DNA of 64,000 bases from Candidatus Spyradenecus sp. GTDB taxonomy: Bacteria; Verrucomicrobiota; Verrucomicrobiia; Opitutales; UBA953. Below, piece by piece: positions 20,072 through 29,952 of this stretch. The notes under the pieces were generated by a model, which saw only the letters and a list, made by a program, of their open reading frames with translations, was not told the origin of the DNA and ran no database searches. Position 1 is the stretch's first letter. Each line of letters starts with the position of its first letter. Position numbers and translations under genes: made by a program. The stretch lies in assembly GCA_045535075.1 (NCBI GenBank), contig JAZSKX010000014.1:64001-128000 (forward strand), given 5' to 3'.

Positions 20072-20524
20072 ATGAAACAAAATATCTATAAAAATCATTC
20101 TCTTCCGGAAGGGCTTGTTCCCGCACTGCGTGTTGAACCGATGCCCAAAGATACAAATCAGAACGGAGATGTGTTCGGAGGCTGGGTTATGAGCCACGTT
20201 GATTTGGCGGGAGCAAGCACCGCGATGCGTTATGCTCAAAGTCGTTATATTGTTACGCGAGCCGTGAGTAGCCTGACGTTTGAGGCGCCTGTTATGGTCG
20301 GCGATGTTGTTTCGTTTTATGCCGATATCATTAAAATCGGTCGTACGTCCCTAACGGTAAAAGTCGTTGTCTATTCCGAGCGCCTTGCGAAACTTTGCAA
20401 TAGTGTGGAAAAAATCACCGAAGCGGAACTTGTTTTTGTCGCTTTGGACGAGCATAAAAATCCGATTGCTCTTGATGAGTCGCGAGCCCGATTCGCGGAA
20501 TCATGCCCGCTTTCGCCTCGATGA
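20072..20524 (+). CDS. Acyl-CoA thioesterase (YciA-like hotdog fold)
   Basis: MPKDTNQNGDVFGGWVMS, GRTSLTVKV, FVALDE. Confidence 0.9.
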   Translation: MKQNIYKNHSLPEGLVPALRVEPMPKDTNQNGDVFGGWVMSHVDLAGASTAMRYAQSRYIVTRAVSSLTFEAPVMVGDVVSFYADIIKIGRTSLTVKVVVYSERLAKLCNSVEKITEAELVFVALDEHKNPIALDESRARFAESCPLSPR

Positions 20525-20614
20525 GTGTTGCGGGAACGAATTCTTCTTGATGCTTGCAAGTGTTTCTACACAATAAAGCGGATTCTTCCTTCCGCTAACT
20601 CCGATTTCGTTACA

Positions 20615-21439
20615 ATGAAGCTTTCTATTTTCCTTCTTATGATTGCGGGAGCGTTTGTTTCCGCTTACGCGTCTGCTTCCGGCGATGATGAAATTGTCGT
20701 AAAGTGGGTGCGCGGCGAGTGGTTACTTTCTGCGGAGTCGGATGAGTCGCCCAAGGAAGCGTTTTTCAAGGCTCAAAACGAAGCGCGGCGCAAAGCGATT
20801 GCGGAAGTTTGCGGGGAAACCGTTGCTTCTTGGGAGACGCTGATGTCGCGCACGAACGAACAGATTTACAGCGGAGTTGTTGTTACCAACAGCGTCGGTA
20901 TTGTTCATCGCATGAAAGAGTTGCGCCGAGGCTGGATTTTCCCTCGGGCGGGTGAAGTCGACGCTCGCGATTATCCCGGCGTTTTTTTCGAGGCGGAAAT
21001 TGCCGTGAAGAAATCGACCCGGAGCCCGGATCCCGCGTTTACGGCTTTGATTGAAGGCGGGAAGAGCCGTTACAAACACAACGAGCAGGATATTTTTTCC
21101 GTGACGGTGGCTCAGGATGCATTCCTTACTGTTTTTTGGCTGAATCACGATTTTCAGGCGGACGTTGTTTTTCCCGCAAATCAGTGGGAAAGCAATCGAA
21201 TTCGAACCGGGAAAAAATCTCCGAATTTCCCGCTTGTTTTTCTTATCTCGTCCCCGCGAGCCAAAAAAGAAACGGGAACGCTCTTTTTCGTACTGACGAA
21301 AAAATATTATCCCTTTCTTAAGACTGATTCCAAGCAGCAAAGCCTTGAGGCAAATCGCGAGCGTATTGAACAATGGATGGCGTCCGTTCCCGTGGACGAG
21401 CGTTTTATCTACGCTGTTCCGTTTGTAATCGAACGATAA
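20615..21439 (+). CDS. Exported hypothetical protein with possible DUF4384-like C-terminal domain
   Basis: Signal peptide from ATG 20615; C-terminal Y...FSVTV.QDAFLTVFW...VFP pattern. Confidence 0.6.
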   Translation: MKLSIFLLMIAGAFVSAYASASGDDEIVVKWVRGEWLLSAESDESPKEAFFKAQNEARRKAIAEVCGETVASWETLMSRTNEQIYSGVVVTNSVGIVHRMKELRRGWIFPRAGEVDARDYPGVFFEAEIAVKKSTRSPDPAFTALIEGGKSRYKHNEQDIFSVTVAQDAFLTVFWLNHDFQADVVFPANQWESNRIRTGKKSPNFPLVFLISSPRAKKETGTLFFVLTKKYYPFLKTDSKQQSLEANRERIEQWMASVPVDERFIYAVPFVIER

Positions 21440-21458
21440 TTACAAAAAAATATTCTCT

Positions 21459-21494
21459 AAAAAAAGTCGCTTCCCGAACGAGAAGCGACTTTTT
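21459..21494. terminator. Bidirectional terminator
   Basis: AAAAAGTCGCTTC...GAAGCGACTTTTT between convergent genes. Confidence 0.8.
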
Positions 21495-21497
21495 AGT

Positions 21498-22109
21498 TTA
21501 AGCAAAGAAAATGTCCTCGAGTGCGAGGCAAATTGCGTGGTAAATCGGCAAGTGCATTTCCTGGATTTGAAAGGTTTCCGAATCCGGAACGCAGATGCAG
21601 ACCGATGCGAGAGTTTTGAGCTTTCCGCCGCTCTTTCCGGAAAGCCCGATTGTCGTTAGGCCTTTTGCTTTTGCGACTTCCATCGCGTGGCAAACGTTTT
21701 TGGAATTTCCCGAGGTCGATATGCCTAGGAGCGCATCATTGGCGTTCCCGAGCCCCCAAACTAACTGCGCGTAGCCGTAATACGGGTCGCAGTCGTTGAG
21801 CCATGCGGTATTGATTGCTCCGAGCGAGTGCAGGGAAATCGCCGGAAGTGCATCCTGAAGCTTGGACGCGAGCTCTTCGCCGAGGCGTTCCCGCGCATCG
21901 GATTTGAGCGGGCGTTTGGAGCAGAAGCCTTTCAGGAGTTCGCCTGCGATATGATCGGCATCTGCCGCACTCCCGCCGTTCCCGCAAAGCAAAAGCTTGC
22001 CGCCGGACTGATAGGTCGCCGCAAGTGCGTCAACCGCTTTTTGAATGTCGTTCCCGCAAGGAGCGAGAACCGGATAACGGGTGAGAAGCTTTTCGATTTG
22101 CGGATGCAT
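21498..22109 (-). CDS. gmhA: Phosphoheptose isomerase-like SIS-domain protein
   Basis: CGNGGSAADADHIAGEL, ISTSGNSKNV, IQEMH...YHAIC. Confidence 0.8.
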   Translation of the reverse strand: MHPQIEKLLTRYPVLAPCGNDIQKAVDALAATYQSGGKLLLCGNGGSAADADHIAGELLKGFCSKRPLKSDARERLGEELASKLQDALPAISLHSLGAINTAWLNDCDPYYGYAQLVWGLGNANDALLGISTSGNSKNVCHAMEVAKAKGLTTIGLSGKSGGKLKTLASVCICVPDSETFQIQEMHLPIYHAICLALEDIFFA

Positions 22110-22130
22110 GGTTTTTGCGGGGGAAGGGGA

Positions 22131-23519
22131 TTATTTGTAGGAGGCGTTGATTTTTTCGGAAACGTCCTTATAAGACGCATCTGCCATGTAGATTGCTTTG
22201 TACTCGGCAATGGCGTTTTCCTGTTTGCCGGCTTTTTCGTATGCCGTCGCCAATTCGTAGACGATGTCTTTTTTGATTTCGGACATGACTTTGATTTCGT
22301 CTTTGGCAACGGAAAGCTGGTCGGCAGCGAGGTCAAACTTGCCGCTTGCGATAAAGGCGCGTCCGAGATTGAGCATCGCGGCATGGCGATTTTTCGGCGC
22401 GCGTTGTGCGAGCTGAAGTTCGCGAATTGCGCCTTCGACGTTGCCGGATTCGAGCAATTTGATCCCGAATTCGTAACGATAATTGTAATCGTTCGGGTAT
22501 TTTTCGACGAGCGTCTGAATTGCCTGAAGCGTGTATTCCTCGAACGATTTGCGCAATTCTTCGAGGTAGTTTTTGTATTCTTCGTTTGACGGGTCTTCGG
22601 CAATAACAGCTTCGGCTTCCTTGATACGGCGTTCGTAGTTTTCCCGAGTGAGCTCGTGTTCCTGTTTTTCGAGCGTTGCGTCAACTTTCCCGTTGGTCGT
22701 TTCGCGGGCACGCTGAATGGCGAGAACCGCATTGTCGAGGTCGCCCATGATTTTATAATTGCGGGCAAGGTTGCGGTAGAGCTGGAGGTCTTCCGGATTC
22801 TTTTCGATGGCTTCGAGAAGCTTCGGAACTTCCTCTGCTGCAGAATCGGCATCGGAGACGACACGGCTTTTCTTTTCGAGTTCGAGAGCCTTTTCCGTAT
22901 TTGCCAGCTTTGAACGATAGTCCTTGCTTTCGTCCCATTGTCCGTTGTCCATCGTTTGTGCGACGGAGACTTGGCGGGCCAATTCCTGGAGATCCCCGTT
23001 ATTCGGATATTTTTTGAGCGCGCCGTCAACCGCCTTGAGCGCTCCCGCGACATCTTTGTCTTTCAGATATGCGGAGACGAGCAAAGAGTAGTTTTCCGTC
23101 TTAGGCTCAACGGCGACAATATCTTCGTACGCGAGCGCCACAACATCCCAAAGCCCGGCGGCTTCGGCGGCAAATGCGAGTTGTTTGTTGGCGTTAATAT
23201 CGTAGGGGTTGGCGTTAAGCTTTTTTTCCGCTTCAAGCATCGATTTTTGCGGATCTTTCGCGCAGGCGGCTTTGCTCGGAGCTCCGATGGCACCAAGCAG
23301 TTTCCCCAAGCCGCTCACGGGAACGGGGCGTTTGCCGGTGGCGACTTTCTGCGCGCGACGCAAAATACGACGAACTTCCGTGCACTCAGGGTGGCGGCGG
23401 AGAACGGCGGAGCAGGTTTCGACGGCAACTTTGGCATTACCTGTTTTGATGGCTTTTTCGGCGGCGTCCACTTGCGCCTGTTCGCGTTTGTCGATGCTGG
23501 AGAGGAGAACTTTTGGCAT
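22131..23519 (-). CDS. Tetratricopeptide-repeat protein
   Basis: 462 aa, helical, with multiple TPR-like repeats (YRNLARNY..GDLDNA; YELATAYEKAG...AIAEY). Confidence 0.85.
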   Translation of the reverse strand: MPKVLLSSIDKREQAQVDAAEKAIKTGNAKVAVETCSAVLRRHPECTEVRRILRRAQKVATGKRPVPVSGLGKLLGAIGAPSKAACAKDPQKSMLEAEKKLNANPYDINANKQLAFAAEAAGLWDVVALAYEDIVAVEPKTENYSLLVSAYLKDKDVAGALKAVDGALKKYPNNGDLQELARQVSVAQTMDNGQWDESKDYRSKLANTEKALELEKKSRVVSDADSAAEEVPKLLEAIEKNPEDLQLYRNLARNYKIMGDLDNAVLAIQRARETTNGKVDATLEKQEHELTRENYERRIKEAEAVIAEDPSNEEYKNYLEELRKSFEEYTLQAIQTLVEKYPNDYNYRYEFGIKLLESGNVEGAIRELQLAQRAPKNRHAAMLNLGRAFIASGKFDLAADQLSVAKDEIKVMSEIKKDIVYELATAYEKAGKQENAIAEYKAIYMADASYKDVSEKINASYK

Positions 23520-23662
23520 TTTCCGATAGAATAGGGGGTGAATTAAATGAATGTGTTAGAACCAGTATGAAGCGCCCGACGGGAACGTCAAGCGTTCAAA
23601 CATGAGTGAGGCGATTCCTGAAATTAAAATTTACGAAAAGGCGGTTTGAATTTCGGGTTGAG

Positions 23663-25852
23663 CTACTGTTTGTGTGTTTGCGTCGTTTGATAAAGCTTCC
23701 ATTCGCTTGTGGCATCGCGTGCGGCAAATGCCGCATAAACGGCATTTCCCCAGTCGCCCATTTCGGCATAAACTTGAGAAATCGCTTGCCAGTAGGCGGA
23801 GGCATAAACGTCGCCGCTTCCGATGATGTTGCGATATGCGAGAATTAAAACGGGAAGATTTGCCGCACGAAGATCCAGATTCGAATTGAGGATGTTGAGT
23901 TGCATTTTTGCAATGTAGTCAACATTCGGATACGTTTGCATGATTTCTTCGCAAAACTTTCCGACGGCGGCGAAATCGTTGCGCGCATAAGCTGTTTCCG
24001 CGAGAATATTGGTTGCACGCATGTAGAGCGTCGGCTGCTCTTTCAACGTTTCGCGAAACGCTTTGATTTGCTCTTCGCTTTCGGGCGCTCCGGAGCTCGC
24101 ACTTTGCCGTATTTCGCGAAGGCGGTTTAATTTTCGGCGATAGTCCTTTTTCTCGCGGGAACGCCGTGCTTCCGCGTCCGAGTGATTGTAGTCCGGAAGC
24201 GCAGCTTCTTCAATTATCCACGCGGGAAGGTCTTGCGCGCTGCCTTGCCAGATGGCTTTTCCGTCGCGCAAAATTTGCGTTGTCGGCAGGTGTTGTGCGT
24301 CGATTTTGCTTCCGAAATCTTTAAGGAATCGTTCCTGCGAAATAACGCCTACGGGGAAATCCGTTGCGTAGGCGGGAGAATTTAAAACTTTTCGGGCTCT
24401 TCCGGGTTTATTTTCAATTGCGATTATGATGACGGGAACGCCCGTGTCGGCGAGCCATTCGTCGGGGCGGCGCATGAGAAAATCACGCGGTCCGGGGTGC
24501 GGAGTGTTCCAGAAGTTAAGGGCTACGATGCCGTTTGCGGGAAGCTCTTTCGGCGCGTTCCCGTGAATCCACTCGATTGAATCAAAAAATTTCAATATCT
24601 GCGCGCTTTCCGGTGTTTCGGATTTTTCGCTTGCAGGCGCAATTTTCGTTTTTCCCTCTGTGCTCAGGGGCTGTGAAAACTCGCGCGGAAGCGTTGCTTC
24701 GCCGTTTGCAAGCGCTGTGTAAATTTTCAAGGAATCGGAGTTCCCGGAGTCGTCTTTAAGTTTTTTCTCGATTTGATTTAGCCAATCGCACTCCGAACTC
24801 GAGAGCCAAGACGCTTCCCGGGCTTTTGCCTCGGCTTCTCTGTCGCCGCGCCTTTGATAAATATCGCCGAGCATGCGCAGTTGTTTGCGGTGGAGCGAAA
24901 TGAACGAGCGGATTTCGCGGGTAATTGCCGTCGAACGAATCAGGCATTCTTCGGCAAGAGCAAGGTCGAGTTCGTCGCTCGGAATGTCGTTGCTTGTCAA
25001 AATGAAATAGGCGACCGCGTGAAGATTTTCGGGGCTTTGCGGGAACGCGTCCGCTTTGCGGCGCAGGCAAGCGTTCATTTTCCGGTAGTCTTCGCGGGCG
25101 AGCGCATTAAGAGCCGGAAGTTCCAGCGCATTTTGTTTTATTGAGGACGGAATGCGTTTGTCATCCAAAATTCGGCTGAGTTCTTTTTCCGCGAGTTCCG
25201 TTTTGCCGCTTGCATAAAGCCCGGCGATTTTTTCGAGATGCACGCGGAATGTGCTCGGCTCTATCTTTTCGGGTTTCTTTGGTTGTGTTCCCGCGACAAA
25301 ATCCGGCGATGTCATTGACTCGACAAAATCCGCATTCAGTTTTGTCGGATGCCCGGCCCAAATGACGTTCCCGTTTTTGATGGCGATTGCGTGCGGAATT
25401 CCGATGACCTTTCGCGGACGCAACCAAAGATTTTCCGTGTTTCGTGATGTGTCCACTGCGATTGCGTAGCTCGGTTTCACGGTGCGCTTCGCGAGAAACT
25501 GCTTAAGCCGTTCCGGAGAAGAGGCGTCTTTTACATTTACGCCGACAATCTGCGCGTTGATGTTTTTTGCGGTAATTTGCTTGTGAATCGCGTCAATATG
25601 CGGAATTGCGGCAAGACACGGGCCGCACCAGGTTGCCCAAAATTCGAAGACATAAACCTTATCCTTTTCCCAGTGCGTCACGGGAACGCCTTGAATCCAG
25701 GTTGCGGGAATTCCTTTTTCGGGAAGTACGGAAATCGGTTCCAATTCCGCTTGTTTTCGGGGATTGTCGGCTTCCGTAGCATCGGAAGAAATCGCGGGAA
25801 CGGTCGCGATAAGCGGAAGCAGGGCGAGGGCAATCAGTTGGCGGAAAAGCAT
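23663..25852 (-). CDS. Exported TlpA/redoxin-family protein with two thioredoxin-like domains and helical repeats
   Basis: Signal peptide; EFWATWCGPC...GIPHA; a second, degenerate Trx-like domain. Confidence 0.8.
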   Translation of the reverse strand: MLFRQLIALALLPLIATVPAISSDATEADNPRKQAELEPISVLPEKGIPATWIQGVPVTHWEKDKVYVFEFWATWCGPCLAAIPHIDAIHKQITAKNINAQIVGVNVKDASSPERLKQFLAKRTVKPSYAIAVDTSRNTENLWLRPRKVIGIPHAIAIKNGNVIWAGHPTKLNADFVESMTSPDFVAGTQPKKPEKIEPSTFRVHLEKIAGLYASGKTELAEKELSRILDDKRIPSSIKQNALELPALNALAREDYRKMNACLRRKADAFPQSPENLHAVAYFILTSNDIPSDELDLALAEECLIRSTAITREIRSFISLHRKQLRMLGDIYQRRGDREAEAKAREASWLSSSECDWLNQIEKKLKDDSGNSDSLKIYTALANGEATLPREFSQPLSTEGKTKIAPASEKSETPESAQILKFFDSIEWIHGNAPKELPANGIVALNFWNTPHPGPRDFLMRRPDEWLADTGVPVIIIAIENKPGRARKVLNSPAYATDFPVGVISQERFLKDFGSKIDAQHLPTTQILRDGKAIWQGSAQDLPAWIIEEAALPDYNHSDAEARRSREKKDYRRKLNRLREIRQSASSGAPESEEQIKAFRETLKEQPTLYMRATNILAETAYARNDFAAVGKFCEEIMQTYPNVDYIAKMQLNILNSNLDLRAANLPVLILAYRNIIGSGDVYASAYWQAISQVYAEMGDWGNAVYAAFAARDATSEWKLYQTTQTHKQ

Positions 25853-25880
25853 ATTGAGGAGAGAAATTTTGAGATAAAAG

Positions 25881-25915
25881 AAAAATTCCCTCCGCCGAGA
25901 TGCGGGAGGGAATTT
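25881..25915 (-). terminator. Terminator after the FKBP gene
   Basis: AAATTCCCTCC-GC...GCGGGAGGGAATTT stem with an A-rich left flank. Confidence 0.65.
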
Positions 25916-25932
25916 CTGTGTGAGAAAACGCG

Positions 25933-26787
25933 TTAGGCGCCTTCTTCTTCCGGTGCTTCCTGTTCGGGGGCTTTGTCTGAAATATCGACCAGCTCGACAT
26001 CGAAAACAAGCGTCGAACCCGGCGGCAATTGCCCTGGTTGGTCGCCGTAAGCTTGGTCGGACGGGATGACGAGCGTTGCTTTTGCGCCTTTCCCGAGTTG
26101 TTGGAATGCTTCAATCCAACCCGGGATAAGTCCTTCAAGCGGGAAGGGGAATTTCGCCGGTTCGCTGTCGGCTGTAAATTGTTTCGGTTCGCCGGTTTCC
26201 GGATCGCGAAGCGAGCTGTCGAAAATCGTGCCGTCAACAAGCTTTCCGGTATAACGAACGGTGAGGAAACTTTCCGGCGTCGGCTTATTCTCTTTATCTC
26301 CGGGATTTTCGACTTTCATGAGAACGCCGGACTCAAGAACTTCAAACGCCTTGTCCTGCTTGCATTTTTCGATATAGGCGGCTCCGAGGGCTTTGTTCTT
26401 TTCTGCAATTTCCCCGATTTCAGCGATGGATGCGGCTTGTGCATTCGCGCTGATTTTGCTCATGAGACCTTGCATGAACATCGTGAATTCGGCTTCATTC
26501 GCGCGAACGTCGGGTTCCATGTCCTTGAATTTTCCTTGGATTCCGAGCTTGAAGCCTTCGAGAAGCGAAGCGCTTTCTTCCGGCGTAAATTCGGCAAACT
26601 CGAGTCCGTTTTGTGCGGCGAAATAGCAGCCCGCAATTTTCAGAAAAAGCGCTTTCTTTTCTGCGGAAAGCTCGGGCGCTTGTTGTGCGAGGGCTTCCGG
26701 CGCGGGAGTGGCAGTGTCTGCTTCTGCGGCTCCGAGGAACGGAGCGACGGCAAGGGCTCCGATGAGGGGGAGAATTTTTTTAATCAT
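25933..26787 (-). CDS. FKBP-type peptidyl-prolyl isomerase (FkpA/Mip-like)
   Basis: Signal peptide; VRYTGKLVDGTIFDSS, LIPGWIEA, IPSDQAYG, STLVFDVEL. Confidence 0.93.
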   Translation of the reverse strand: MIKKILPLIGALAVAPFLGAAEADTATPAPEALAQQAPELSAEKKALFLKIAGCYFAAQNGLEFAEFTPEESASLLEGFKLGIQGKFKDMEPDVRANEAEFTMFMQGLMSKISANAQAASIAEIGEIAEKNKALGAAYIEKCKQDKAFEVLESGVLMKVENPGDKENKPTPESFLTVRYTGKLVDGTIFDSSLRDPETGEPKQFTADSEPAKFPFPLEGLIPGWIEAFQQLGKGAKATLVIPSDQAYGDQPGQLPPGSTLVFDVELVDISDKAPEQEAPEEEGA

Positions 26788-26817
26788 AATCTTTTAATGT
26801 AATAAAATCGGGTAATT

Positions 26818-27498
26818 TCAAAAGCTTTTCGTTTTTTGTGCGGGCTGTCCACGCTTTAATTTTTCCCCGGAAGGCTTCTCGCCGTTGAGCGTGCGGCAAA
26901 TTTCGCAACTGTGGCCGTCGCAACCGCGCGCCGTGCAGTGTTCCCGCCCGTAGAAGATGATTCGGAGGTGAAGCTTGTTCCAGTTTTCCCGGGGAAAAAC
27001 TTCTTTTAAATCCTTTTCCGTTTGAACGACATTTTTCCCTTCGGAAAGTTTCCAGCGCGCCGCTAGGCGGTGAATATGCGTGTCCACCGGAAACGCGGGA
27101 ACGCCGAACGCTTGAGACATCACGACCGAAGCCGTTTTGTGCCCGACGCCGTCCAGCGACTCCAGCGCTTCAAATGTCGCGGGAACGCGTCCGGCAAAGC
27201 GCTCGGCGATCGTCTTCGAAAGATTTTTAATGGCCTCGGATTTTCGCGGAGCCAAGCCGCACGGACGGATGACGGATTCGATACGCTCCCGCGGAAGCCG
27301 AGCCATCTTTTCCGGCGTGTCGGCAAGCGCAAAAAGTTCCGGCGTTACTTCGTTTACACGCTTGTCCGTGCACTGGGCTGAAAGAACGACGGCGACGAGC
27401 AAGGTGAACGGATCTTTGTGTTTTAGCGGAATCGGCGTCTCCGGATAAAGGCGTTCCAACACGGATTCGATGAATCGGGCTCGTTCGAATTTGTTCAT
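26818..27498 (-). CDS. nth: Endonuclease III
   Basis: LLVAVVLSAQCTD, HhH motif LDGVGHKTA, VDTHIHR, C-terminal 4-Cys cluster. Confidence 0.93.
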   Translation of the reverse strand: MNKFERARFIESVLERLYPETPIPLKHKDPFTLLVAVVLSAQCTDKRVNEVTPELFALADTPEKMARLPRERIESVIRPCGLAPRKSEAIKNLSKTIAERFAGRVPATFEALESLDGVGHKTASVVMSQAFGVPAFPVDTHIHRLAARWKLSEGKNVVQTEKDLKEVFPRENWNKLHLRIIFYGREHCTARGCDGHSCEICRTLNGEKPSGEKLKRGQPAQKTKSF

Positions 27499-27604
27499 AA
27501 AGGCAATTCTTTCAGCGATGAAAAAACAAATTTTTGTTTTTTTATTTTTTACGGGCAATCCATTTTGCTCGCGGGAACGCCGAAATTTGTAATTATCGTT
27601 AATT

Positions 27605-28174
27605 ATGAAAACTCAATCTCACGGGAACGACACGACTACGCCGGCGGCGCTTTTCCTTGATCGCGACGGAACGCTCATTTTCGATAAAGACTATTTGCAC
27701 GAACCGGAAAAGGTAGAACTGATTCCCGGTGTTCGCGATGCCGTTCATCGTGCGCTTGAGTCCGGATGTAAGTTGTTTTTACTTACGAATCAGAGCGGAA
27801 TCGGACGCGGATTTTTTTCGATGGCGGATTATGAAAAATGCCATGCCCGCTTTCTTGAATTGCTCGGAATTCCCGCGTCTGCGTTCAGCGCGTGCGGTAT
27901 TGCCCCGGAAGCCCCGGATCAACCGTCAAAATACCGAAAACCCAAGCCCGATTTTATTCTCGAACAACTTGCCGCGTTCCCGGACCTGAACCCGCAATGC
28001 TGTTGGATGATCGGCGACAGAAAATCCGATTGGCAATGCGGCTTAAACGCGGGAATTCGCTCTGCGGCAGTTGCCACGGGAAAGCCGATTGATGACGCAG
28101 CGCGCGCGTGGCTTGCGGAAAACGCCGTTCCGCTTTACGACGACTTCCCGGGTTTTGTCGGCGCGCGATTTTAG
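27605..28174 (+). CDS. gmhB: D,D-heptose-1,7-bisphosphate phosphatase-like HAD IIIA hydrolase
   Basis: FLDRDGTL, TNQSGIGRG, RKPKP, MIGDRKSD. Confidence 0.85.
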   Translation: MKTQSHGNDTTTPAALFLDRDGTLIFDKDYLHEPEKVELIPGVRDAVHRALESGCKLFLLTNQSGIGRGFFSMADYEKCHARFLELLGIPASAFSACGIAPEAPDQPSKYRKPKPDFILEQLAAFPDLNPQCCWMIGDRKSDWQCGLNAGIRSAAVATGKPIDDAARAWLAENAVPLYDDFPGFVGARF

Positions 28175-28794
28175 TTGCCGAGAGCGACGCGGACGAGCGT
28201 TTCCGTCGAAGCCGAGGCGCCGCATTTTTGAAGCGCTTGGCGAACCGCTTTGTCTGCTTGGTCGAGTTTGAATCCGAGCGCTGTCAGCGCGGCGACGGCA
28301 TCGGCTTGCGCTGAAGGCGCTTCCGAAACCGGAGGAAGCGGCGTTCCCGTGACACCGGAAGTTCCCGCCGCAACGGCGGATTTTTTGACAACTCCGATTT
28401 TGTCGCGCAATTCGACGACGAGCCTTTCCGCAGTTTTTTTCCCGATCCCGGGGCACTGCGAGAGCTGGGCAATGTCGCTATTTTGAATCGCGTGCTGCAA
28501 GACGGGCAGGGAAAGGCGGGAGAAAATTTTTAGCGCGGTGCCGGGGCCGATGCCGCTGACTTTTTCTACCAGCATCTTGAAAAAATCGCGTTCCTCTGCA
28601 GAAGAAAATCCGTAGAGCGATTGCCCGTCTTCGCGAAATGTTTGCAGAGTGAAGAGCCGGACGTTGCCGCCGATGTCCGGAAGTTTTTCCGCGGTCGAAA
28701 CGGGAATGTTGACTTCGTAGCCGACTCCGGCGCATTCGATTACGGCGCGAAAAATGCCTGCTTCAATGAGTTTTCCGTTTAGGGAGACAATCAT
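28171..28794 (-). CDS. ruvA: Holliday junction branch migration protein RuvA
   Basis: GVGYEV, LYGF, VSGIGP, PGIGKKTAERLVVEL, ALTALGF. Confidence 0.96.
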   Translation of the reverse strand: MIVSLNGKLIEAGIFRAVIECAGVGYEVNIPVSTAEKLPDIGGNVRLFTLQTFREDGQSLYGFSSAEERDFFKMLVEKVSGIGPGTALKIFSRLSLPVLQHAIQNSDIAQLSQCPGIGKKTAERLVVELRDKIGVVKKSAVAAGTSGVTGTPLPPVSEAPSAQADAVAALTALGFKLDQADKAVRQALQKCGASASTETLVRVALGN

Positions 28795-29804
28795 GATTTT
28801 CCTTTGTAGATATTTACTAAGTCCGAAAATGCTTCGTCGGGATTGATGGCGGGCGCGTAGCCCAAATCGCGCCGGATCGCATCGATTTTAAACCAATGAT
28901 TTTTGGAGAGTTCCGACGCAACGAAGCGCGTCATCGGAGGTTCGCCTGCCACGGCGAAAATTTTCCAAAACGTTTCGAGAAGCGTTCCCGCAAAGTAGGC
29001 GGCTTTGAACGGCACGGCAGCTTCCGCGCGCAAACGGGACAGACCGATTGCCTCAAGAAAACGGTTGATCCAATCCCAAAGAACGACGGGCGATCCGTCC
29101 GAAACAAAATAGGCGTTCCCGCAAGCTTGCGTTTCTTCCCGAAAAAGCGATTCCGCCGCGAGCAAGTGTGCGTGTGCGGCATTTTCGACGTGCGTCAGGT
29201 CCACTTTATTTTTCCCGTTGCCGACAATGCGCAGTTTGCCTTGCGCAGCTTGCTCGACGACGCGCGGAATCAGGTGCGGATCTCCCGGCCCCCAAATCAG
29301 ATGCGGGCGAATGGAAATCGTCCGAAGCGAATTGCCGTCTGCCGCGCGCACGCGTTGTTCGGCTTCCGCCTTGCTTGCCGCGTAATGGCTCAGTTTTGAA
29401 CGACAATACGGGAGCGTTTCGTCGCCGCCCTCGATTTCGCATTCGTTGAACGTAACGCTCGGCGTGCTTGTGTAAACGAGTTTAGCAACTCCGGCGGCGC
29501 AGCAGGCATCCAAAACATTTTGCGTTCCCGCGACATTGACTTTGAAAAATGATTTGTGCGAGCCCCAAACGCCGGCTTTGGCGGCGACATGAAATACGAG
29601 ATCCGTTCCCGCGAAAATTTCTTTGAGCGCGTCGGCATCGCCGGAAATATCCGTTCGGACAAATTCTATGCCGGGAGTCGCGGCAAGATCCGGTTGCTCG
29701 CTTCGTCCGATGGCGCGCACCTGCCAGCCGCGGGAAAGGCAATGGCGAATAATGGCTCTTCCGAGGAATCCGCCTCCGCCCGTAACCGCAATTTTTTTAC
29801 TCAT
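28791..29804 (-). CDS. NAD-dependent epimerase/3-beta-HSD-family extended SDR (OleD-like)
   Basis: VTGGGGFLG, HVAAKAGVWG, YTSTPSV, YAASKAEAE, RPHLIWGPGD. Confidence 0.88.
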   Translation of the reverse strand: MSKKIAVTGGGGFLGRAIIRHCLSRGWQVRAIGRSEQPDLAATPGIEFVRTDISGDADALKEIFAGTDLVFHVAAKAGVWGSHKSFFKVNVAGTQNVLDACCAAGVAKLVYTSTPSVTFNECEIEGGDETLPYCRSKLSHYAASKAEAEQRVRAADGNSLRTISIRPHLIWGPGDPHLIPRVVEQAAQGKLRIVGNGKNKVDLTHVENAAHAHLLAAESLFREETQACGNAYFVSDGSPVVLWDWINRFLEAIGLSRLRAEAAVPFKAAYFAGTLLETFWKIFAVAGEPPMTRFVASELSKNHWFKIDAIRRDLGYAPAINPDEAFSDLVNIYKGKS

Positions 29805-29952
29805 AGAAAAAACATAACTCATCGGGCAATTTCTAGAAATTCAAAATTTTATAAGAAAGCCCCGTTCCCTGCGTCGAAAGCGAAAGCTTCCCTTTGAGGC
29901 TTGTTTTTATTCGGGAAAACAAGATTAAATCTGTGAAAAACTCCATTCCGCC

